Shown one piece after another: positions 30,509-37,060 of a stretch of DNA of 47,488 nucleotides. The DNA is taken from positions 1 through 47,488 of the IMG/VR virus record IMGVR_UViG_3300012948_000002; one strand, 5' to 3'. The notes below the pieces were generated by a model that saw only the letters and a program-made list of their open reading frames with translations, made no database searches and was not told the DNA's origin. This stretch comes from a virus. A program made the position numbers and the translations under genes. Every line of letters starts with the position of its first letter. Position 1 is the stretch's first letter.

Positions 30509-30889
30509 ATGGCGATAGAAGAATGCAGCGCGATCAACCACCCGTGGCAAATCAAGCCGCCCATCTACGTACTCAAGAACGGCGCCCACCGCGTCCGCCT
30601 TGTGTGTGCCCGATGTGGTGGGATTCGCTACGACACTCGCTCACCCAACGGTCGTGGTCTCCTCTCGAGAAGCTACGATCACTCTGCCGGTTACGATAAG
30701 TTCCTAGAGTCGACGGAAGTCCGCAACAGGCGCAGCGACGCCTGGGCCTCGCTCATCGAGGCCAAAAAGGAGGTCAGATTAAATGAAGCAAAAACGGACA
30801 GTCCTCGTCTGCGATCCGTGTCGCGAACCAAAAAGGGACGCGGTCGCAAGCTACGAACTCCGCAACGGCCGGCGCGTCATACCGCTTGA
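30509..30889 (+). CDS. Zinc-ribbon-containing protein (CARCGG)
   Basis: 126-aa ORF with AAAGGAG upstream. The Arg-rich last ~35 codons overlap the next gene. Confidence 0.5.
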   Translation: MAIEECSAINHPWQIKPPIYVLKNGAHRVRLVCARCGGIRYDTRSPNGRGLLSRSYDHSAGYDKFLESTEVRNRRSDAWASLIEAKKEVRLNEAKTDSPRLRSVSRTKKGRGRKLRTPQRPARHTA

Positions 30890-31157
30890 CCTCTGCGAGA
30901 AGCATCGCGCCATGCTAGAGCGGACCTACTGTCGCAAGCGCGGCAAGCGCGGCACTACCAAAGCGCAGCAAAAATGGGGCGACCCATCGGAGCGGTTGCT
31001 GGGTCTCATCGAGAAGGGATGCGATACCCCAAGCAAATTGAGCAAGCAGACCAAGATCCCGCCCTACGCAATATACCCTGCCCTCAAAAAGCTCATAAAG
31101 GACAAGAAGGTCAAGAAAACCGGACACGCCCGCAGTGTCCACTACCACAAGGTCTAG
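30783..31157 (+). CDS. DNA-binding protein: Lsr2-N-terminal-like segment plus C-terminal winged helix
   Basis: AAGGAGG lies upstream of ATG 30783. VLVCDPCREPKRDAVASYELRNGRRVIPLDLCEKHRAMLE parallels the Lsr2 dimerisation-domain pattern (V.LVDD.DG...ETV.F.LDG..YEIDLS..NA..LR). The C-terminal LLGLIEKGCDTPSKLSKQTKIPPYAIYPALKKLIKDKKV is wHTH-like. Confidence 0.45.
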   Translation: MKQKRTVLVCDPCREPKRDAVASYELRNGRRVIPLDLCEKHRAMLERTYCRKRGKRGTTKAQQKWGDPSERLLGLIEKGCDTPSKLSKQTKIPPYAIYPALKKLIKDKKVKKTGHARSVHYHKV

Positions 31158-31676
31158 ATGGTTCTACGAGCCTATCGTCTCCAGCGTCACGGCACCGCCC
31201 GTGAACGCGAGATCCTCACACGCGTGTGTGAGGAGCTGTACTATCAGGGCCGTTACGTGTGGCTCTGCGATGTCCGCGAGGTCCAATTCATCGGGGCCAC
31301 GCTGAGTGGCCCCAACCGAATCCGCTACCGACTCATGGACACCAAAGAGCTGAAGTGCGTAGCCCTACCTAGGAAGCGTGTTCCCATCACCGCCAGTCGC
31401 GTGGTCGCCGCCCTGCCCGTCGTGAAGGGCAGGCGGCGTACCATGTTCCTCTTCGTACCGCATAGCTTCATGGACGCTCACCGGTGGGACTGCGCCCCAA
31501 GCAACGTACTGATGCCAGAGGAGCTAGCGTATCTCCATGGCAAACCACAGCCCCCAGATCTCGAGACAGTCGTGCGGCAAATCTGCCGGTTCCGCCACCT
31601 GATCGACTGGTTTGGGGCACTCACAAGGGAGGGCAAACGAATACTCGCGGGACACCGCCGCGATAGCGAAGAGTGA
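31158..31676 (+). CDS. Hypothetical protein
   Basis: 172-aa ORF. It starts directly after the previous stop. Confidence 0.6.
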   Translation: MVLRAYRLQRHGTAREREILTRVCEELYYQGRYVWLCDVREVQFIGATLSGPNRIRYRLMDTKELKCVALPRKRVPITASRVVAALPVVKGRRRTMFLFVPHSFMDAHRWDCAPSNVLMPEELAYLHGKPQPPDLETVVRQICRFRHLIDWFGALTREGKRILAGHRRDSEE

Positions 31677-31680
31677 ACCC

Positions 31681-31719
31681 GAAGGGGGGCGTCCGCGCCC
31701 CCCTTCAATCATTTGAAAG
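31681..31719 (+). terminator. GC hairpin (11-bp stem) immediately followed by CTTCA-atcatt-TGAAag (family member G)
   Basis: gaaggggggcg-tccg-cgccccccttc lies at 31681-31706. The palindromic element lies at 31703-31719. Confidence 0.6.
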
Positions 31720-31776
31720 CACAACCCGACGATGGACGTGGACGTGGAGGTGGGAGCAACACATGGATGAGGTCCC

Positions 31777-32208
31777 TTGAACCATGATGAACGTCGGCTA
31801 TCAACTCTCCTCAACTCTTTCTACTTCCTCTCCAAGCGCTACACCCACCCACCTGGCCGCAACGGGGGCGAAGACGCCCGGCGGCACTTTGACCAGGCTC
31901 AGATCGATCTCTTCCACCTCGCGCAAGCTCTCTGCACCCTCATAAATCCTGAAATCCAGCTGCGCCTTGATCTCCTTCGCGAGGAGATCATGGCCCAGCT
32001 TCGCCTTGCGCTACGCACCAGCGCCACGGGCGCCGTGGTCGTCCGGCGTAAGGTCACACGTCCCACCCTCTGGTGGGAATACCAAATAACCCCCGAGCTT
32101 GCCCACGACCCGACCATCGTCGGGCACGCCGTCCTTCGTCCCTACGTGACCAAGCTCAAGCAAGCTCTGCGTGACCAGGCTGCAGCTATCAAGGCCTACA
32201 TCCCATAA
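31777..32208 (+). CDS. Hypothetical protein (TTG start, uncertain)
   Basis: 143-aa ORF with no clear RBS. Confidence 0.45.
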   Translation: MNHDERRLSTLLNSFYFLSKRYTHPPGRNGGEDARRHFDQAQIDLFHLAQALCTLINPEIQLRLDLLREEIMAQLRLALRTSATGAVVVRRKVTRPTLWWEYQITPELAHDPTIVGHAVLRPYVTKLKQALRDQAAAIKAYIP

Positions 32209-32297
32209 AACAGGGGTCGGAATGGATGGCACCGTCCTTGCAGTGTTAAGGGGTGGCCCGATGGTAGGATTTTTAAAGTGCATAGAAAGGGTCCAAC

Positions 32298-32516
32298 ATG
32301 GGATATTTCAAGTCGACAATCAGGGGATCGACAGCAGACGTCTATGCACACCGCCACGCCAGGCAACTGACTGAAATTGAGCTTGGAAGGAGGCTGCGAG
32401 GGCATGAGATAGTACACCACAAGGACGGCAACCCATTCAACAACGACTCGTCCAACCTAGTAGTGCTGGACAAGAGCACGCACAACCTAATCCACGAAAG
32501 AAGGAGACAAGGACAC
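32298..32516 (+). mobile_element. Free-standing-type HNH homing endonuclease module (no stop codon of its own)
   Basis: HNH motif as above. The local composition at 32210-32520 is visibly less GC-rich than the flanks. Confidence 0.5.
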
Positions 32517-32810
32517 ATGGCAGACATCTCTGTTCCCGACAAGCACAACGCGAAGGTCAAGACCGTTACCCTCAAGGTTTCCACCAAGGCTGGTGGCGAC
32601 GAAAAGTCCGAGCAGGACTTCGAGGCCGAGCTGCCCGCATCCATCGGTGACGCTGTCGCCCTGTTGGGCGAGCGCGCAGTCTTCCGCAGGTTTATCAACG
32701 CCCACGTTGTGTACCTGCAGGGCGTCGAGCGCGCCAAGCTCATGAAGTCCGTTGACACCGAGCCCAAGGAGCGCAAGCGCGCCCAGTACCTCGAATCCCT
32801 CGGCCTATAG
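32298..32810 (+). CDS. HNH endonuclease fused in frame to a 97-aa downstream protein
   Basis: 170-aa ORF. Residues 1-73 form a complete HNH_3-type core (YAHRHARQL...GHEIVHHKDGNPFNNDSSNLVVLDKSTHNLIH). Confidence 0.65.
   Translation: MGYFKSTIRGSTADVYAHRHARQLTEIELGRRLRGHEIVHHKDGNPFNNDSSNLVVLDKSTHNLIHERRRQGHMADISVPDKHNAKVKTVTLKVSTKAGGDEKSEQDFEAELPASIGDAVALLGERAVFRRFINAHVVYLQGVERAKLMKSVDTEPKERKRAQYLESLGL
32517..32810 (+). CDS. Possible independently initiated 97-aa protein (MADISVPDKHNAKVKTVTLKV...)
   Basis: AAGGAG at 32501-32506 lies 10 nt upstream of the in-frame ATG 32517. Confidence 0.45.
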   Translation: MADISVPDKHNAKVKTVTLKVSTKAGGDEKSEQDFEAELPASIGDAVALLGERAVFRRFINAHVVYLQGVERAKLMKSVDTEPKERKRAQYLESLGL

Positions 32811-32939
32811 CGCACTGCGTCAATTAGCCAAAACACGCAATGCGCCGCGGGAGGCCCCCTCACGGTGTCCACGCACCGCCATAGCGCCTGACGTCCGGGT
32901 AAAGCGAGGGGATAATTCCCGGGCACATACGAGGCGCCT

Positions 32940-33113
32940 ATGCCAAAGACCATAGATGAAATGTCCGAAGACGAACTGATCGCCGCAATCACCCAGCTCC
33001 AACAGACTCGCGTCCCAAGCGAGAAGCCCAAGGTTCCACGCAGACTAGATGACCGCCCGAAGAAAGACCCAGCCAAGCGGACGTGGCGCGACGACCTCTT
33101 CGGTGAGGATTAG
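32940..33113 (+). CDS. 57-aa protein, not in the ORF track
   Basis: Manual translation gives MPKTIDEMSEDELIAAITQLQQTRVPSEKPKVPRRLDDRPKKDPAKRTWRDDLFGED. GAGG lies 6 nt upstream. Confidence 0.4.
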   Translation: MPKTIDEMSEDELIAAITQLQQTRVPSEKPKVPRRLDDRPKKDPAKRTWRDDLFGED

Positions 33114-33123
33114 GGTCGCCCCC

Positions 33124-33384
33124 ATGCTCACCCGCCGTCGCATTATGAACGAGCTGGAGCACCTTGACTGGACAGGCCACGTCGAGCTGCCCATGTTCGA
33201 CATGGAGTGGCTCGCGACCCAACTCTTCGTACGCCTGAACTCCACGAACCTAGAGGTTTGTGAAGCGTGCGGCAAGGTCGCGCCCCTCGTGATCGCCACA
33301 CGCCTTGGGCCTATCTGCGCCGAGTGCGTAGAGGATATGAACGACAACATCGACCAGGTCCGTGAGGTCCTTGACACAGAATGA
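33124..33384 (+). CDS. Zinc-ribbon protein (CEACG...CAEC)
   Basis: The start was refined to ATG 33124. 86 aa. Confidence 0.5.
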   Translation: MLTRRRIMNELEHLDWTGHVELPMFDMEWLATQLFVRLNSTNLEVCEACGKVAPLVIATRLGPICAECVEDMNDNIDQVREVLDTE

Positions 33385-33391
33385 GGTCACT

Positions 33392-34294
33392 ATGGACAAC
33401 GACTGGTGGCTCGATAACTCCAAACTCGAGACCTTCATGCTTTGCCCCCAGAAATATGCCTACCGCTTCGAGGAGCATCTCGTTGCGATAGAACGCAAGC
33501 GCGACTCCGCCCTCATGTTCGGCGGAGCAATCCACTCAGCCCTCGAAACTCTTTACAAGGGCACGGCCTTCGACAAGGTGCCGTGCCCTTGCTGCGAGCG
33601 GGGCTGTATCCGCTGCAAAGCGGGGGCCATCCCACGCATGGCCGCAACATTCCTCCGCAACTACCAAGATGATTCCGAAGATCCCCGCGAGATACGCACC
33701 ATCGACCGTGGGCTCGACTTGCTCGTCCAATACGTCGGGAAGTGGCGGCGCGAGCCCTTCAAGATCAAAGCCGTCGAGGTTCCCTTCGAGCTCCCCTTCT
33801 TCGGACACTTCACATACATCGGCCGCATCGATCTCTTCGTCGATTGGGATGGCGTGCCTCTAGTTGTGGATCATAAGACCACGACCCGCTTTGGCATGAT
33901 GTTTGACTCGTCCTTCAAACTCAATGGCCAGTTCACGGGCTACATGATGGGCGCCGCCAAGAAGTTCGGCGTGCCCGTCACCAACGCCCTCGCGAATGCC
34001 ATGCGCATCACGACCAAGATAGACGACAGCAGCTTCGCTCGCATCTACACCCAACGCACGCCCGAGGAGTTTGACCGATGGGAAGCTCAAGTCCGCTTTC
34101 TCGCAGACCAAATCGAACAAATGCGCGCCAACCACTTCTTCCCCAAGTCCGCCCCATTCGCGTGCTCAGCCTATAACCGCATGTGCGAATACTATCCCCT
34201 CTGCATCAGCGGTGCGAACACTCGCGCAACCCTCAAGCAGTCCGCTTACCGCGTCGAGCCCTGGGAGCCCCGGAAGGAGAGCACCGATGAGTGA
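33392..34294 (+). CDS. PD-(D/E)XK nuclease, Cas4/RecB-like exonuclease with Cys cluster
   Basis: ATG 33392 with GAGG 4 nt upstream. It carries GRIDLFVD...PLVVDHKT (D...D/E-x-K). One N-terminal Cys (LCPQKY) and the C-terminal CSAYNRMCEYYPLC give a Cas4-type 4-Cys arrangement. Confidence 0.75.
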   Translation: MDNDWWLDNSKLETFMLCPQKYAYRFEEHLVAIERKRDSALMFGGAIHSALETLYKGTAFDKVPCPCCERGCIRCKAGAIPRMAATFLRNYQDDSEDPREIRTIDRGLDLLVQYVGKWRREPFKIKAVEVPFELPFFGHFTYIGRIDLFVDWDGVPLVVDHKTTTRFGMMFDSSFKLNGQFTGYMMGAAKKFGVPVTNALANAMRITTKIDDSSFARIYTQRTPEEFDRWEAQVRFLADQIEQMRANHFFPKSAPFACSAYNRMCEYYPLCISGANTRATLKQSAYRVEPWEPRKESTDE

Positions 34295-35060
34295 CGAGAT
34301 TTACCAGCTCACCAACGTAACGAAGATCGGCGGTCGCTCCTATCTTCTGTATGGCCCACCCGGATCCGGCAAGACCACTCTCGCCGCGATGCATCCTGGG
34401 AAGCACAAGCTCTGGCTCGACATGGACCAGAAGCTACACGAGATGCAGAACCTCATGCACCCAGATCACATAGACGTGTGGTCACCCCATGACACGCTTG
34501 GCAACCCAGATCGCATCGAGATCCCCTGGTCACCCGATCCGAAGAACGTTGGCCAAGGAACCATCCCAAGCAAGAAGCCCACTGGGTATGAGAAGCTAGT
34601 TGCTCAAACCAACGAGCTCTTAAAGCAGGGCCGGAGCGGTACTTTTCCCTATGATTGCGTAGTGCTGGACACGCTTACAGCAGTGGGCGATCATTGGACC
34701 CGTCTCCTCATGTATACCCATCGCGTCAGCTTCATGACCGAGCGGTTGTGGGGCATCTACCTAGCGGGGATGATGGAATATGTTTCCGGTTTCCTCAATC
34801 TACCCTGCGATAGAATCGTCATTGCTCATGAAAAGCGCCGCACAGACGAGGATACGAAGATCGATGTGGTTAGGCCATCGGTGGCGGGTCAGCTTGGGGA
34901 TAATCTCATACGCTTCTTCTCTGAAGGCTGGTATCTCAAAGGACGAGATCGATCCGGAAAGTACCAGATCCAGACCGTCACCCTGGATGGTGTGGCCGCC
35001 CGCACTAGCGGCACACTAGAGCCCATCACGTTGGTAAGCAGTGGAGTCTTTGCTCGCTGA
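34287..35060 (+). CDS. Sak4-like RecA-fold ATPase (AAA_24 type)
   Basis: The start was refined to ATG 34287. Walker A is YGPPGSGKTT and Walker B-like is CVVLDTLT. It lies next to the nuclease and DUF669 genes. Confidence 0.75.
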   Translation: MSDEIYQLTNVTKIGGRSYLLYGPPGSGKTTLAAMHPGKHKLWLDMDQKLHEMQNLMHPDHIDVWSPHDTLGNPDRIEIPWSPDPKNVGQGTIPSKKPTGYEKLVAQTNELLKQGRSGTFPYDCVVLDTLTAVGDHWTRLLMYTHRVSFMTERLWGIYLAGMMEYVSGFLNLPCDRIVIAHEKRRTDEDTKIDVVRPSVAGQLGDNLIRFFSEGWYLKGRDRSGKYQIQTVTLDGVAARTSGTLEPITLVSSGVFAR

Positions 35061-35063
35061 CAC

Positions 35064-35102
35064 GGGGGCCAGCGGCCCCCTTCACAGACGGCGGTAGCCG
35101 TC
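35064..35102 (+). terminator. Two short hairpins (gggggcc-agc-ggccccc; gacggc-ggta-gccgtc)
   Basis: They lie between the ATPase gene and the DUF669 gene. There is no U-tract. Confidence 0.35.
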
Positions 35103-35113
35103 AAGGAGGACCA

Positions 35114-35512
35114 ATGAGTGACGAGCCAGGCTTCATCAACATCAACCTGGACGACGTAGACGATGGGACCGATCCCATCCCAGCCGGACTCCAAAGGGTC
35201 CGCGTCAAGTCCGCGCAGAAGAAGCACAAGGATGGGAGCGAGTACCCGTACATCGACGTTCGCCTCTCTCCCCTCGAGGCCGGCGCGAAGTACGAGAAGC
35301 GTCAATTGTTCTTGACGCTTAGCTTCCATCCGCAGGCCATGTGGAACATGAAGCTCTTCGTGAAGAAGGCCCGCATTCCTTACGACTCAAACGGCTTCTC
35401 TATCGAAGACTTCCCTGGCCACGAACTGTTCGTCACCGTCAACCATAAGCCCGACCCGAATGATCCCGAGTCCGTCCGGGCAGAGGTCGGGCCTCCCTAC
35501 ACCGTAGCGTAA
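35114..35512 (+). CDS. DUF669-like protein (phage SSB-like)
   Basis: 132 aa with AAGGAGG upstream. The call rests on typical synteny with the AAA_24 ATPase plus family resemblance from memory. Confidence 0.55.
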   Translation: MSDEPGFININLDDVDDGTDPIPAGLQRVRVKSAQKKHKDGSEYPYIDVRLSPLEAGAKYEKRQLFLTLSFHPQAMWNMKLFVKKARIPYDSNGFSIEDFPGHELFVTVNHKPDPNDPESVRAEVGPPYTVA

Positions 35513-35521
35513 TAGGCTGAG

Positions 35522-35580
35522 TGCCCGGGGGTTCCCACACGCTGCCCCCAGCGTGGCCCTCCACCGGCAGCCCCCGGGCA
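35522..35580 (+). terminator. Nested hairpin (10-bp outer stem tgcccggggg/cccccgggca, inner cacgct/agcgtg)
   Basis: It lies between the DUF669 and ParB-MTase genes and is followed by ttcttc. Confidence 0.5.
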
Positions 35581-35603
35581 TTCTTCACCGAAAGGAGGAA
35601 CGC

Positions 35604-37031
35604 ATGGACGAAACAATCCCCATCAAGGACGTGATCGTCGGCAACCGAATGCGCAAGTTCTTCGGCGACATCGAATCGCTCGCCAACAGCATCGCACGGT
35701 TCGGTCTCATGACACCCATCGTCCTCGATGAAAGGAACAACCTCATCGCTGGGCACCGCCGAGTCCTCGCGATGCAGCACCTCGGGCGCGTTGACATAGC
35801 CTACCGGCGCATGGCCGAGCTCGATGACATCACACGCCAGGAGTTGGAACTTGAAGAGAACATCCGCCGCAAGGACCTTGAGTGGCCCGAAGAAGTACTT
35901 GGCCTCTATAAGCTCTATACCGCCAAGCAAGCTCGCTATGGAGACAAAGGAAGTGCTCTCGCTAGCAATGGAGGCTACGGTATCGAGGACGCTGCTCGTG
36001 AACTTGACCGATCCGGTGGATCTATTAGTATGGATCTCACTCTTGCAAAGGGCCTCTACGAGTATCCTGAACTAACAGAGGAGAAGACAAAGAGTGCCGC
36101 GTTCAAAAGGTACCGGAGGCTCAAGGAGACGGCTCTCCGAGCAGAGCTCGCCAAACGGAAACAAACATCTGTTACAGATTCACATCCTGAAGAAGACGAA
36201 GAACCATTCGACGACGATGAGCCCGCTCAAGCAACTGGTATTCAAAGGCAGGCCATCCGCAAAGCCTTATGGAAGGGTCTCGGCGTCTTCTACCACGCGG
36301 ACGCTCGGGACGTGCTACGGAATCTCCCGGCGGCATCGGTGGATCTGATAGTCACCGACCCGCCCTACGGCATCGGGATGTACCGTGAAGGGGCACCGGT
36401 CAGCTCGAGCAAGTTCGCTGCCTCCCAAGGCACGATGTACGCCGACAATCCCAAAGAGATCATGGACATGCTGGACGAAGTCTTCATGCACGCCGCGAAG
36501 GTCTTGAAGCCAGACGGCCACGCATACGTCTTCTTCCACATGACCAGGTACGAGCCCGTGTACCTGATGCTTCGCAAGCACTTCGGCACCTGCGAAGCAA
36601 CGCCCATCATTTGGCAGAAACAAACAAGCGGAATCGGGGACCCAAGCCGGAACTGGATCTACACATATGAGCCGTGCTTCTGGATCAACCGCGGGCGCGG
36701 CTTGGTTAAGCCTCAACCCTACAACGTGCTCAAGTATGATACAGTCTCAAAGAAAATCCACAGCGTTGAGAAGCCCGTCGCGCTCATGCGACACATCGTC
36801 GAAGCGTCAGCCGTCAAGGGCGAACTCGTTCTGGACCCGTTCGCCGGATCGGGTTCTACTCTGGTTGCAGCGGCGCAGCTCGATTGCCGCTTCATGGGAA
36901 TCGAGAAGCATGCAGACTTTTGGCGCTCAGCTGTGGATCGCGTGTCGCGTGATCTGGCTTCTCAGGCGGAGGCTGACCAAGCGCCAGATGATTCTGAGCC
37001 TGATAGCGGCGCTGACGCACCGGTCGATTAG
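35604..37031 (+). CDS. ParB-like nuclease domain fused to a beta-class N6A/N4C DNA methyltransferase
   Basis: ATG 35604 with AAAGGAGG upstream. The ParB motif is NLIAGHRRVLA. MTase motif IV is IVTDPPYG and motif I is LDPFAGSGST, in the order IV then I. Confidence 0.85.
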   Translation: MDETIPIKDVIVGNRMRKFFGDIESLANSIARFGLMTPIVLDERNNLIAGHRRVLAMQHLGRVDIAYRRMAELDDITRQELELEENIRRKDLEWPEEVLGLYKLYTAKQARYGDKGSALASNGGYGIEDAARELDRSGGSISMDLTLAKGLYEYPELTEEKTKSAAFKRYRRLKETALRAELAKRKQTSVTDSHPEEDEEPFDDDEPAQATGIQRQAIRKALWKGLGVFYHADARDVLRNLPAASVDLIVTDPPYGIGMYREGAPVSSSKFAASQGTMYADNPKEIMDMLDEVFMHAAKVLKPDGHAYVFFHMTRYEPVYLMLRKHFGTCEATPIIWQKQTSGIGDPSRNWIYTYEPCFWINRGRGLVKPQPYNVLKYDTVSKKIHSVEKPVALMRHIVEASAVKGELVLDPFAGSGSTLVAAAQLDCRFMGIEKHADFWRSAVDRVSRDLASQAEADQAPDDSEPDSGADAPVD

Positions 37032-37060
37032 GGCCAAGTTCTGCGTAGCAGGTAAGTTCC

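Noticed and set aside
32342-33076. 244-aa minus-strand ORF
   Set aside because: It is antisense to the HNH-fusion gene and the following small plus-strand genes, which have RBSs. The Ser/Arg/Cys-rich translation has no domain features.
35064-35080. The reverse complement of the iteron core (CCAGCGGCC) inside the hairpin after the ATPase gene
   Set aside because: This is a single 9-nt match forming part of a local GC hairpin. It is compatible with chance in a GC-rich genome.
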